DNA from: an uncultured virus (IMG/VR IMGVR_UViG_3300035670_000136) | Lineage: Duplodnaviria > Heunggongvirae > Uroviricota > Caudoviricetes | Strand: one strand, 5' to 3' | DNA length: 64,000 bases | Virus record (IMG/VR): IMGVR_UViG_3300035670_000136 | Shown: positions 1-9,657 of the stretch, piece by piece | Layout of the letters: every line of letters starts with the position of its first letter | Position numbering within the stretch: position 1 is the first letter of the stretch | Translations under genes and position numbers: made by a program | The notes under the pieces: generated by a model | Seen by the model: the letters and a program-made list of their open reading frames with translations, nothing else | Told to the model about the DNA's origin: nothing | The model's database searches: none

Positions 1-53
1 CTCAAACTAAATGCATAACATAAATAACAATATTCAAGTAGAGTTGTATACAA

Positions 54-1346
54 ATGGCAATTGATTTTCCAAGTTCACCAGGCAATAATGAAACATATAC
101 GTTCAATGGACGTACATGGACATACAACGCATCCTCTGGTGCTTGGACTGCAAATGGTGTGCAAGGAGCTCAAGGCGTTCAAGGTGCTTCTGGTGCTCAG
201 GGTGCACAAGGTGTACAAGGAACAAATGGCGTAGATGGGGCACAGGGCGCACAAGGTGCTCAAGGTGTACAGGGTACAAATGGCGTTGATGGCGCTCAAG
301 GTGCTCAAGGCTTCCAGGGTGTGCAAGGAACCGCAGGCACTGCTGGTGCACAAGGCGCAGCAGGAGCACAAGGTGCTGTTGGCGCTCAAGGCGCGCAAGG
401 CGTACAAGGAACTGCAGGCACTGCTGGTGCTCAAGGTGCTGTTGGTGCACAAGGCGCACAAGGTGTTCAGGGTGCTGTAGGTGCTCAAGGTTCACAGGGT
501 GTTCAAGGTTCGATTGGTACTGCTGGTGCACAAGGCGCTCAAGGTATTCAAGGATCGCAAGGCACAAAGGGTGATACTGGCGAATTTGGTGGCGCATCGT
601 TTGAATATGAATTTAGAGTTCAAACGGATGATCCATTAAATGTAGGATCAGGCATTATACAATTTAATGCGAATCCATTTGACACAGCAAATGTGATGTA
701 CATCACATTTGAAGATGCATCAACTGCAAACGTTTTCAATTATATGCAAACGATTGATGACTCAACGTCAACGATCAAAGGAACATTCAAACTCGCTAAT
801 ACTGCAAACGTAAATGAATTTGCTTTCTTCAGTATTAATGGCAATCACATTCATGAGGGTGATCACTTTCACGTTCCTGTTGCCTGGACAAGTGGTGAGA
901 CAAATTTTGCAAATACAACAGATGTTGTAATTTCTCTTGTAAGAACTGGTGACGCTGGCGATAAAGGCGCTCAAGGTTTTCAAGGCGTGCAAGGTGCACC
1001 TGGAGCACAAGGTGAACAAGGCGTTCAGGGTATTCAAGGTGCACAAGGCGTTGCTGGTGTTCAAGGCGCAACTGGCGCACAAGGTGAACAAGGCGTTCAA
1101 GGTTCACAAGGCATTAAAGGTGATAAAGGTGAATTTGCATCAGGTGCAGTAACATATACTTCTAGTGCAACAGCACCAGTATCACCCTCAGAAGGTGATG
1201 AATGGTTTAACACTGATGCTGGCATTTTGTTTAAATATGTTAACGATGGCGATTCGAATCAGTGGATAGAATTTGGCGCAGCAGGATCAGGTAGTGGCGG
1301 CGGCTCAGGTGGCGTTTCACTCGGTCTTGTCATCGCATTAAGTTAA
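54..1346 (+). CDS. Collagen-like (G-X-Q) virion fibre protein with an internal globular domain
   Basis: Long GAQ/GVQ triplet runs; N-terminus MAIDFPSSP..YTFNGRTW; C-terminal GDEWFNTD..LFKY..QW motif typical of phage fibre proteins. Confidence 0.8.
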   Translation: MAIDFPSSPGNNETYTFNGRTWTYNASSGAWTANGVQGAQGVQGASGAQGAQGVQGTNGVDGAQGAQGAQGVQGTNGVDGAQGAQGFQGVQGTAGTAGAQGAAGAQGAVGAQGAQGVQGTAGTAGAQGAVGAQGAQGVQGAVGAQGSQGVQGSIGTAGAQGAQGIQGSQGTKGDTGEFGGASFEYEFRVQTDDPLNVGSGIIQFNANPFDTANVMYITFEDASTANVFNYMQTIDDSTSTIKGTFKLANTANVNEFAFFSINGNHIHEGDHFHVPVAWTSGETNFANTTDVVISLVRTGDAGDKGAQGFQGVQGAPGAQGEQGVQGIQGAQGVAGVQGATGAQGEQGVQGSQGIKGDKGEFASGAVTYTSSATAPVSPSEGDEWFNTDAGILFKYVNDGDSNQWIEFGAAGSGSGGGSGGVSLGLVIALS

Positions 1347-1358
1347 TCGGAGAATCAG

Positions 1359-1685
1359 ATGGCAGAAACATTTAAAATGTTGAATCAATCATTAACAACG
1401 GAAGAAGCCAATGTTTATGTTTGCCCTTCAGCAACTCAAGCAATTATTTTTCTTGCTCAAGCAGCAAATAGTGATGGTGCAAACTCTGCAGACATTACAA
1501 TGTTTGCTACTGATAGTAGCGCGACAAGCAAAAAATATTTGACAAGAACTATTCCAATTCCTGCAGATGCTGCTTCTTCGTTCTTGACTGGTAAGTTAGT
1601 TCTTGAAGCAGGAGATCATATTTCTGGATTGGCTTCATCAAATGATCATATCGACGTAACACTTAGCATTTTAGAAATTACTTGA
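1359..1685 (+). CDS. Small conserved phage (probably virion) protein
   Basis: 108-aa ORF with GGAG RBS; beta-rich, ends in KLVLEAGD..SILEIT. Confidence 0.6.
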   Translation: MAETFKMLNQSLTTEEANVYVCPSATQAIIFLAQAANSDGANSADITMFATDSSATSKKYLTRTIPIPADAASSFLTGKLVLEAGDHISGLASSNDHIDVTLSILEIT

Positions 1686-1691
1686 TAAAAT

Positions 1692-3368
1692 ATGTTTTTA
1701 GGTAAAAGAAATTTAAAAGGTAAAGATGCTGCTAATACGGCAGGTATTTGGTCAATTGCTGATTTGACCGAAATGCGTCATTATAGTTTTATTCGCGATT
1801 CTGGTGGCGTTACTGTCGTCGTCACTTTCAATGCTTCTGGTACTTGGATTGCGCCAACAAACGTCAATCAAGTAGAGATTTTGAGTGTTGCTGGCGGCGG
1901 CGGTGGTGGTGGCGCGCAAAGCACACGCGGTGGCGGTGGTGGTGCAGGTGGTGTTCGTTATAATGGGGGATATCCAGTAGTTGCTGGAAATACATACAGT
2001 ATTGTTGTTGGAGCTGGTGGTGCAGGAGGTCCTGGTACTGGTATTCGTGGTGCAAATGGTGGAGAAACTTCTTTTGACGGCGCTTTCATCTCTACAGGTG
2101 GTGGCGGAGGCGGCAGTACTAACCCAGGACAAACTGCAAACACAGGTGGTTCTGGTGGTGGCGCTGGTAATCCAAATGCAGCAGGTGGTGCGCCATCTTT
2201 CCTTGGTGCAGAGGGAAATGTACCAGCAACTACACCTTCTCAGGGAAATGCTGGTAGTCCAGGAGCAATTGAATATACTGCTGGCAGTGGTGGTGGCGCA
2301 GGAGCTGCAGCTGTAAGTTCTGTTGGTGGTGGTGATGGTGCTGCTTATACCATCACAGGTTCTTCAGTTTATTATGGTGGCGGTGGTGGTGGTGCAGGAC
2401 CAGGTTCTCCATCCTCTAAGCCAGGTGGTCTTGGTGGTGGTGGTCGAGGTAATGTTGGCACACCAGCCAATACAGCAGGCACTGTAAACACAGGCGGCGG
2501 TGGTGGTGGGTCAGGTTTAGGACCTTCTCCTGCAAATATCCCTGGTGGTGCTGGCGGTTCTGGTGTATTAATTCTCAAATATGTTGCACCTACAAACTCA
2601 GTTGAAACTTTTAAATCAACTGCTCAATGGATATGCCCAGAAGGTGTTGAAACCATTTCATATCTAATCGTCGGTGGTGGTGGCGGTGGTGGTCCTGGTT
2701 CTCCATCAAATGCTGGTGGAGGTGGTGGTGCTGGCGGTTTCATCACAGGCGCTTTATATCCTGTAGTTGCAGGTAACACATATACGATTACAGTTGGTGC
2801 TGGTGGTTCGGCTGGCGCTAACGGAACCAGCAGTTCATTCAATTCTATCACTAGTTTAACTGCAGCTGGTGGTGGTTATGGCGGTTCTGGCTCCAAAACT
2901 CCAGTTGATACTGCAAGTGGTCGTGCAGGAGGATCTGGTGGCGGTGGTGGTTCTGGCACACAACCATCATTTGCTGGTAATGCTGGCGCAGGAAATATTC
3001 CAGCATTAACGCCAGCACAAGGTAAAAATGGCGGCGCTGGAAGTTACCAAAGTGCACCGAGCCATTCTGGTGGTGGTGGCGGCGGCGCTGCAGCTGCTGG
3101 AGGCAGCGGCAATCAAAACACTGCTGGAACTGGTGGAGCTGGTGAAGCAAGTTCAATTACTGGTTCTTCTGTTACATATGCAGGTGGCGGTGGCGGTGGT
3201 GCTACTACTGGTGGTCCAGGATTTGGTGGCGCAGGTGGTGGTGGTAATGGTGGTATTGGCGGCGCTGGCACCCCTGGGACTGCAAATCTTGGTGGTGGCG
3301 GTGGCGGCGGCAAAGGTGCAGGCGCTGCAGGTGGTTCAGGAATTGTTATTTTGAAATATAATGCTTAG
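1692..3368 (+). CDS. Glycine-rich domain protein with two tandem Gly-rich repeats, putative fibre/receptor-binding component
   Basis: Two copies of TF....W..P..V..(I/V)...V(A/G)GGGGGG...GGSG(V/I)(L/V)ILKY. Confidence 0.7.
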   Translation: MFLGKRNLKGKDAANTAGIWSIADLTEMRHYSFIRDSGGVTVVVTFNASGTWIAPTNVNQVEILSVAGGGGGGGAQSTRGGGGGAGGVRYNGGYPVVAGNTYSIVVGAGGAGGPGTGIRGANGGETSFDGAFISTGGGGGGSTNPGQTANTGGSGGGAGNPNAAGGAPSFLGAEGNVPATTPSQGNAGSPGAIEYTAGSGGGAGAAAVSSVGGGDGAAYTITGSSVYYGGGGGGAGPGSPSSKPGGLGGGGRGNVGTPANTAGTVNTGGGGGGSGLGPSPANIPGGAGGSGVLILKYVAPTNSVETFKSTAQWICPEGVETISYLIVGGGGGGGPGSPSNAGGGGGAGGFITGALYPVVAGNTYTITVGAGGSAGANGTSSSFNSITSLTAAGGGYGGSGSKTPVDTASGRAGGSGGGGGSGTQPSFAGNAGAGNIPALTPAQGKNGGAGSYQSAPSHSGGGGGGAAAAGGSGNQNTAGTGGAGEASSITGSSVTYAGGGGGGATTGGPGFGGAGGGGNGGIGGAGTPGTANLGGGGGGGKGAGAAGGSGIVILKYNA

Positions 3369-3379
3369 GAGTTATAATA

Positions 3380-3631
3380 ATGACTATGGAAACTAAAATT
3401 TATCGTATGTATGGTATTGACACTGCAATGGAATTACTTCGTCCAAAAGCAAAGTGGGAAATTACAAACAGTCAATTTACAAGATGGGAAGATGAAAGAC
3501 CATGCCCAACTTGGGAAGAAGTTCAAGAGACGATGGAAAAAATTAAGGCGTTTGAAGATTCAATAAATACTATTTGGACAAAGGAACAACTTGAAGAGAT
3601 CTCAGGACACTTTGAAGGAAATAATCAATAA
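3380..3631 (+). CDS. Small conserved phage protein (fibre-associated, chaperone-like)
   Basis: LRPKAKWEI...WEDERPCPTWEEV motif; GGAG RBS. Confidence 0.5.
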   Translation: MTMETKIYRMYGIDTAMELLRPKAKWEITNSQFTRWEDERPCPTWEEVQETMEKIKAFEDSINTIWTKEQLEEISGHFEGNNQ

Positions 3632-3643
3632 GAGGTTTTTGTT

Positions 3644-4249
3644 ATGAACTTATATAATATTTTTCCAACAACGGTTGGAATTGTGGAACTTGGACGAGAT
3701 TTTACGAAAAAAGAAATTGATATATTTAATAAATTAGAACGTAGAGCAAACGAAGGAAATCAAACAAGTACGAATTATAAGGTTTTAGAATTAAAAGAAT
3801 TTAAAAAGTTGAAAGAGTTTGTGACGACTTCTGTGAATGATTTTTTTCAGAAGGTAGTTTGTCCGAAAGAAGATATTTCATTGTATGTGACTCAATCTTG
3901 GGTTAATTATACAAATAAAGGACAATTTCATCACAAACACGCTCATCCAAATTCTTTTATGTCTGGAGTTTTATATTTGAATGCTGATATTGAAAAAGAT
4001 AGAATTTATTTCTATAAGGATGGATATCAGCAATTGAGCGCGGAACCAAAAGAGTGGAATATACATAATTCTAGTTCTTGGTGGTTTGAAGTTGGAGTTG
4101 GTAAATTAGTTATGTTTCCATCTTCACTTACACACATGGTTCCAACTGTAGATCATGATGAAACGCGAATTAGTTTATCATTTAATACTTTCTTTAAAGG
4201 TAAATTTGGTGTTAGTGATTCATTAACAGAGTTAATTTTAGGAGATTAA
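3644..4249 (+). CDS. 2OG-Fe(II) oxygenase (TIGR02466-like)
   Basis: SWVN, HHKHAHPNS..SGVLYL, FPSSLTHMV, RISLSFN motifs. Confidence 0.8.
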   Translation: MNLYNIFPTTVGIVELGRDFTKKEIDIFNKLERRANEGNQTSTNYKVLELKEFKKLKEFVTTSVNDFFQKVVCPKEDISLYVTQSWVNYTNKGQFHHKHAHPNSFMSGVLYLNADIEKDRIYFYKDGYQQLSAEPKEWNIHNSSSWWFEVGVGKLVMFPSSLTHMVPTVDHDETRISLSFNTFFKGKFGVSDSLTELILGD

Positions 4250-4254
4250 AAACA

Positions 4255-4617
4255 ATGGCACATTTTGCTCAGCTAGATGAAAATAATGTAGTGACGCAAG
4301 TTATCGTTGTTGCAAACAAAGACACAGCAGACGCAAACGGTGTTGAAAAGGAACACATTGGTGCAGCATTCTGCGAACGTCTATTGGGCGGCACATGGAA
4401 ACAAACGTCATATAATGGCAGCATGCGTAAGCGTTACGCAGGTATTGGTTTTACATACAATGCCGATTTAGACGCTTTCGTACCGCCAAAGCCATACGCT
4501 TCTTGGGTTTTGAACAACGAAACAGCAGATTGGGATGCACCAGTCGCTAAACCAGAAGATGACAAGATGTATACTTGGGATGAAGCAACTTTGAGTTGGG
4601 TTGAAGTTACAGTTTAA
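4255..4617 (+). CDS. Conserved phage protein commonly found beside Gly-rich fibre genes
   Basis: MAHFAQLDENNVV...WKQTSYN...YAGIGFTY...PPKPYASW pattern. Confidence 0.6.
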   Translation: MAHFAQLDENNVVTQVIVVANKDTADANGVEKEHIGAAFCERLLGGTWKQTSYNGSMRKRYAGIGFTYNADLDAFVPPKPYASWVLNNETADWDAPVAKPEDDKMYTWDEATLSWVEVTV

Positions 4618-4642
4618 TTTTTAATCCAAAGTAGGTTGCAAG

Positions 4643-5866
4643 ATGGCAATTGATTTTCCAAGTTCACCAACAAACAACGATTCATACACGTTCAATGGAC
4701 GTACATGGATTTACAATTCAACGTATGGTGCTTGGGTTGCACAAGGCGTTCAAGGTGCACAGGGCATTCAAGGTGCAACTGGCGCTTCTGGAGCACAAGG
4801 TGATGTTGGTGCACAGGGTGCTGCTGGCGCTCAAGGCGTTCAAGGTACAGCTGGTACTGCTGGCGCTCAAGGCGCTCAGGGCGTTCAAGGTACAACTGGT
4901 GCTGCTGGCGCTCAAGGCGCTCAAGGTCAAAAGGGCGAAGTTGGCGCTCAGGGAACTGCAGGTGCTGCTGGTGCACAAGGCGCTCAAGGTCAAAAGGGCG
5001 AAGTTGGTGCTACTGGTGCTCAAGGTGCACAAGGTCAAAAGGGTGAAGTTGGTGCACAAGGTGCTGTCGGCGCTCAGGGTGCTGTGGGCGCTCAGGGATC
5101 AGCTGGTACTGCTGGTGCTCAGGGTGCTCAGGGTGTTCAAGGAGCTTTGGGCGCTCAAGGTGCCGTTGGTGCTCAGGGAGCAGTAGGTGCGCAAGGTTCA
5201 CAGGGTGTAGTTGGAGCACAAGGTGCGCAAGGTGTGCAAGGTGCAGTAGGTTCTGCTGGCGCTCAGGGTGCACAGGGTGTAGTTGGAGCACAAGGCGCTC
5301 AAGGTCAAAAGGGCGAAGTTGGCGCTCAAGGTGCTGTCGGCGCACAAGGCGCGGTGGGTGCTCAGGGTGCGGTGGGTGGACCTGGCGCACAAGGTGCTGC
5401 TGGCGCTCAAGGCGCTCAAGGCATCCAAGGAGCACAAGGTCAAAAGGGCGAAGTTGGTACTGCTGGCGCTCAAGGTGCGCAGGGTATACAAGGATCTCAA
5501 GGTCCTGCACCAACAACATTAACCATTGCAGTGTCGGACGAAGTAACTGCAATTACAGCTGGAACAAATAAAGTTAAATTTAGAGCACCATTTGCAATGA
5601 CATTGACCGATATTCCAAGAGCATCATTGTCGACTGCATCAAGTTCTGGTGCTGTTACTGTTGATATCAATGAAAGTGGTACTAGTATTTTAGGTACAGA
5701 TAAACTATCTATTGATGCTTCTGAAACAACTAGTACCACGGCAGCAACGCCGACTACTTTAGCGGATACTTCAATTGCAGATGATGCTGAAATGTCGATC
5801 GACATCGATGGCGCAGGAACTGGTGCAACAGGTTTGAAGGTTACACTTTTCTATAATCGAACGTAA
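4643..5866 (+). CDS. Collagen-like (G-X-Q) virion fibre protein, N-terminal paralog of 54..1346
   Basis: About 85 consecutive G-X-Y triplets; same N-terminal domain as ORF 54; different C-terminal beta domain. Confidence 0.8.
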   Translation: MAIDFPSSPTNNDSYTFNGRTWIYNSTYGAWVAQGVQGAQGIQGATGASGAQGDVGAQGAAGAQGVQGTAGTAGAQGAQGVQGTTGAAGAQGAQGQKGEVGAQGTAGAAGAQGAQGQKGEVGATGAQGAQGQKGEVGAQGAVGAQGAVGAQGSAGTAGAQGAQGVQGALGAQGAVGAQGAVGAQGSQGVVGAQGAQGVQGAVGSAGAQGAQGVVGAQGAQGQKGEVGAQGAVGAQGAVGAQGAVGGPGAQGAAGAQGAQGIQGAQGQKGEVGTAGAQGAQGIQGSQGPAPTTLTIAVSDEVTAITAGTNKVKFRAPFAMTLTDIPRASLSTASSSGAVTVDINESGTSILGTDKLSIDASETTSTTAATPTTLADTSIADDAEMSIDIDGAGTGATGLKVTLFYNRT

Positions 5867-5867
5867 A

Positions 5868-6839
5868 ATGAGTGTATTTGTAATTAATCCATTTGTGTAT
5901 TATATCCCACCATGGGTATATGGTGGATCTAGCACTGCGTATTTAAGCGGCGGCTTCAATCCACCAGCCACAAGATTAAGCACACATCGTCGTTTTAGCA
6001 TGGTCTCAGATGGTAGTGACACAACTGTGGGTACGTTATCCCCACTTGCGACTTCAGATCACACTGGTGCACACTCAAAACAAAATGGTTATTATATGGG
6101 TGGTCAGATGCCACCTTCAACAAGCGGCACTATTGATGTCAAAAAATTTCCATTTGCAACAAACGTCAATACAATTTCCGTTTTAGGTTTGAGTGCGGGA
6201 AGACGGAAGGTACAGGGTTGTAGTTCAGAAACCAGTGGATATGCTATTGGTGGTACTAATCCCACTACTCCGCACTCAACTGTCATGGATAAGTTTCCCT
6301 TTGCAACAAATGTGAATGCGACAAATATTGGTGCGCTTGTATTCGCCAAAAGAGAAGGTAGCGGTCATTCCAGCCCAACGCATGGTTATGTTGCTGGCGG
6401 TCAAGGAAACCCACCTGTTCCGTCAGCAACAACAAATATTCAACGTTTCCCGTTTGCAACAAATATAAATGCAGCCACTTACTCAGCTTTATTAACCAGC
6501 AGATATATGTCAGCGAGTGCAAGTTCGGAAACACATGGTTATACTTGTGGTGGTCGACAGGGTGGTCCAAGCACGATCGCGGGTATCACTCGCATAGAAA
6601 AATTTCCATTTACAACAAACACCCCAGCCGTATTAAGCGGATCTCTGTCAGGGACAGGTAGAGCAGAATCCGCTGGTGCAAGTTCAACAACCAGTGGTTA
6701 TACTATGGGCGGTTTAGATGGTTCGACTCTTGCAATTATTGCCGTAAGAGATAAATTTCCATTTGCAACAAACACCCCAGCCACCGCACTAACTAATTTA
6801 GCCAGCGCTAGAACCCTACACGCATCAGTACACGTTTAA
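5868..6839 (+). CDS. Kelch-like beta-propeller repeat protein
   Basis: About six repeats of S...GY..GG......I.(K/R)FPFATN. Confidence 0.65.
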   Translation: MSVFVINPFVYYIPPWVYGGSSTAYLSGGFNPPATRLSTHRRFSMVSDGSDTTVGTLSPLATSDHTGAHSKQNGYYMGGQMPPSTSGTIDVKKFPFATNVNTISVLGLSAGRRKVQGCSSETSGYAIGGTNPTTPHSTVMDKFPFATNVNATNIGALVFAKREGSGHSSPTHGYVAGGQGNPPVPSATTNIQRFPFATNINAATYSALLTSRYMSASASSETHGYTCGGRQGGPSTIAGITRIEKFPFTTNTPAVLSGSLSGTGRAESAGASSTTSGYTMGGLDGSTLAIIAVRDKFPFATNTPATALTNLASARTLHASVHV

Positions 6840-6864
6840 TGTAATTATCCAATTATATTTTATT

Positions 6865-7407
6865 ATGATTAATGACTTTAAAGTTGAATTGTTTTCTATT
6901 CCAGTATGGGGATTCGTTTTACAAAAAGAACAGTATCATTCAATTGACTATATTCAATTTTTTGAAGAATTAGAAAACGAAATCTCCTCTACACAAATCA
7001 TAAATAATTTACACAAAGAACATTTATTCAAAGAATTAATTGACAATTTTTCGCAAATAGCGAATGAAATTGCGGAATTTGAACAATTTCCAAAATTGTG
7101 CTTATCTAGTATGTGGGGTAATGTAGATTACAAAGGCACACCAAGAAAAAAACATATACATAAAGGAGTACTGTCTGGTATTTTTAATCTACAAACACCA
7201 GCAAAATGTGGAAGATTGGTTTTTGTAAATCCGATAATTAGTGATGATAAATCACAGTTTATCAAAAAACCAAACTTTTTTATAGATGTTTCTCCGTTGT
7301 CTTGCATTTTTTTTCCAAGTTGGCTTGAATATTATTTCGAGCCTAATTTGAGCGACGATAAAAGAATTTTTACAAGTTTCGATTTTGATATTGAAGGTAA
7401 TTTATAA
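6865..7407 (+). CDS. 2OG-Fe(II) oxygenase-like protein (TIGR02466-like), distal His apparently replaced by Tyr
   Basis: MWGN, HIH..LSGIF, FPSWLEYY (usually FPSWL.H), KRIFTSF. Confidence 0.6.
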   Translation: MINDFKVELFSIPVWGFVLQKEQYHSIDYIQFFEELENEISSTQIINNLHKEHLFKELIDNFSQIANEIAEFEQFPKLCLSSMWGNVDYKGTPRKKHIHKGVLSGIFNLQTPAKCGRLVFVNPIISDDKSQFIKKPNFFIDVSPLSCIFFPSWLEYYFEPNLSDDKRIFTSFDFDIEGNL

Positions 7408-8657
7408 TGAGTAGTGTAGTTAAAAACTATTTCGATAAAAATGGATATGTTGTATTGTCCGAGGCTTTGTCTAAAAAAGAATGTGAAGATTTAACTAACT
7501 ATATGTTTACTTTGTATGAAAAAGGTAAACTCGAAAAAGATTCACAATGCCCTTTAAGTGATTCTATTTATGGAGATCCAGTATTTGATGAATTATTAGC
7601 AAGATTTGCAAAACCAATTGGTGACAATATTGGTAGAAAACTACTACCAACATACACCTATTGCAGAATTTATCGAAAAGGTGAGGTACTAAAACGCCAT
7701 AAAGACAGACCAAGTTGCGAAATAAGCGCAACAATGACTTTAGGTTTTGATGGAGAAATCGTTTGGCCAATTTTCTTTGATGAAGAAAAAGAAAAATGTT
7801 TGACTTTAGAAGTTGGTGAGATGGCAGTTTATAAGGGCTGCGAAATTCTTCACTGGAGACCGAAGTTTAAAGGTGAATGGCAAGTTCAAGCGTTTTTTCA
7901 TTATGTTGATGCTGATGGTGAATATAAAGATTTTGCACTTGACGGAAGAAAAAAATTAGGATCTCAGCCAAATTTTGAAACACCACAAACGATTCAAAAA
8001 CCATCAGAGGTGGAAAAATACGATCTCCCACTAATATATAATGTTGTTGCATTACCATCATACGATCAATCGTTCCCAAGTTATATGTGTATTGATGATT
8101 CGTTCCATCCTGAATTAATGTTTTCTAAGAAAGAATGTGAGCAGATATTAGAAATTGGATTGGGTCAATATGAGGTAACTGCTGCAGTTGGCGGTAAAGA
8201 TTCTTCTATTAATAAAAATATACGTTCAACTAAAGTATATTCCATAGATCCTAATAAAAAATCATCTTGGATTTTCGATAAGATTGGTAAGGTTGTTTCT
8301 TTTATGAATGAAACATACTACAATTATGATCTTATTGGTATGACGCACAGTTTGCAGCTGCTTGAATATGACACAAGCTGGGAGGTTCCTGGGCATTACG
8401 ATTGGCATACTGATGCTGGACCAGGAATATTTTCAACTAGAAAATTATCTTTAATTCTACAACTTTCGGAAGAAACGGATTATAGGGGTTGTGACCTGTT
8501 AATTAATGGCGATAATACCAACATCATTACTGGAAATAAAAAAATTGGATCGGTACACTTGTTCCCAAGTTACACTATACATAAAGTGACGCCAATCATT
8601 TCAGGAAAACGATATTCGCTAGTTATGTGGTTTAATGGTGCAAGGAGATTTCGATGA
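7407..8657 (+). CDS. Tandem two-domain 2OG-Fe(II) oxygenase
   Basis: Domain 1 RHKDRPSCEIS...HWR; domain 2 (PKHD/prolyl-hydroxylase-like) YDWHTD..RKLS..FPSYTIHKVTP...KRYSLVMW. Confidence 0.8.
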   Translation: MSSVVKNYFDKNGYVVLSEALSKKECEDLTNYMFTLYEKGKLEKDSQCPLSDSIYGDPVFDELLARFAKPIGDNIGRKLLPTYTYCRIYRKGEVLKRHKDRPSCEISATMTLGFDGEIVWPIFFDEEKEKCLTLEVGEMAVYKGCEILHWRPKFKGEWQVQAFFHYVDADGEYKDFALDGRKKLGSQPNFETPQTIQKPSEVEKYDLPLIYNVVALPSYDQSFPSYMCIDDSFHPELMFSKKECEQILEIGLGQYEVTAAVGGKDSSINKNIRSTKVYSIDPNKKSSWIFDKIGKVVSFMNETYYNYDLIGMTHSLQLLEYDTSWEVPGHYDWHTDAGPGIFSTRKLSLILQLSEETDYRGCDLLINGDNTNIITGNKKIGSVHLFPSYTIHKVTPIISGKRYSLVMWFNGARRFR

Positions 8658-9586
8658 GTGACAAACAAAACACAAATAATCAAATAACATTGTTTGAGAC
8701 TTTAAACAAAAATTTGGTCATTTCAAATAAGGAAAGTGTTAGAGTTCCATCGAGTTATATTTTTGCTAAAGGATCGTTAGCAAACGCTAAAAGTTTTGGT
8801 AATAAAACTTTTGGAGAAAATTCTATTGAAGTTGATAAAGCATTGGCTAATGTTAGCACATTAGAAAATATATGGAATCACACGCACACTCAATGGATTT
8901 GGAAACATTTAAATTTAAATTATCATGCACCACTTAACAATATGAAACAAATCTCAGCAGAAATTGCTGCCAAGAAAAACGCACTTAATGATACTAAATG
9001 GAGAGTTTTAGAGTGCGAAATGAAGATTAAAAAGATGGAAGAAAAGTTAGAAAAGGGTGGTTTAGAATATTGGGAAGAACTTCAATTGAAAATCGATATT
9101 GCTAAAGAAAGAGAGGCTCTTTCCGAGGCAATGGTTTATATCGAAGGTGCGATGAAAGACGTTCTCGCATTAAATTCCATATTCGAAGATCTAAAAAAGA
9201 AAATTAACAGTTTTTCAGAGGTTGACGTAGAACGAGAAGAAACGAAAAGTCATTTACGTCGAAGTATAGTTCAGTGTATTAGAGATGTTCGTCAAAGTGG
9301 GTTTATTAGTAAGGGTGAACAGGAATATGTTGAAAACATTGGCGTGAATCCATCAAAATTGCAAGAAATCATCAGAGAGTATGTTATGTCTGAAAAAGAA
9401 GCTGAGGGTTGGGATATAAGACCTCTATTCGAATTTGTTGAAAGTCTAACTGATAAACTTATCGATGTTTGCCAAGTCGACAAAGTCATGATGGATATTC
9501 AGGGATACAGTAAAGAGTTTATCGAAGAATTCACATATACCGATAAACTTGCCTTATTAGAAAATAAACGAGATTTGGAGAAATAA
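8654..9586 (+). CDS. Hypothetical coiled-coil protein
   Basis: 310-aa ORF overlapping the upstream stop (ATGA); heptad-like E/K-rich centre. Confidence 0.55.
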   Translation: MSDKQNTNNQITLFETLNKNLVISNKESVRVPSSYIFAKGSLANAKSFGNKTFGENSIEVDKALANVSTLENIWNHTHTQWIWKHLNLNYHAPLNNMKQISAEIAAKKNALNDTKWRVLECEMKIKKMEEKLEKGGLEYWEELQLKIDIAKEREALSEAMVYIEGAMKDVLALNSIFEDLKKKINSFSEVDVEREETKSHLRRSIVQCIRDVRQSGFISKGEQEYVENIGVNPSKLQEIIREYVMSEKEAEGWDIRPLFEFVESLTDKLIDVCQVDKVMMDIQGYSKEFIEEFTYTDKLALLENKRDLEK

Positions 9587-9601
9587 GTCCATTTTTAGAT
9601 T

Positions 9602-9609
9602 AATAAATA
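9602..9609 (+). promoter_or_regulatory. Putative gp55-dependent late promoter (AATAAATA)
   Basis: One mismatch to T4 TATAAATA, intergenic, upstream of a structural gene. Confidence 0.5.
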
Positions 9610-9657
9610 AGTTCACTACAATTCAATTTTTTACGCCGCGATGGAGAGTGAAATCGA

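Noticed and set aside
9625..9657. Possible structured leader (CGCGATGGAGAGTGAAATCG) before the 9658 fibre gene
   Set aside because: Pairing is short and largely explained by an RBS; no support without homolog alignment
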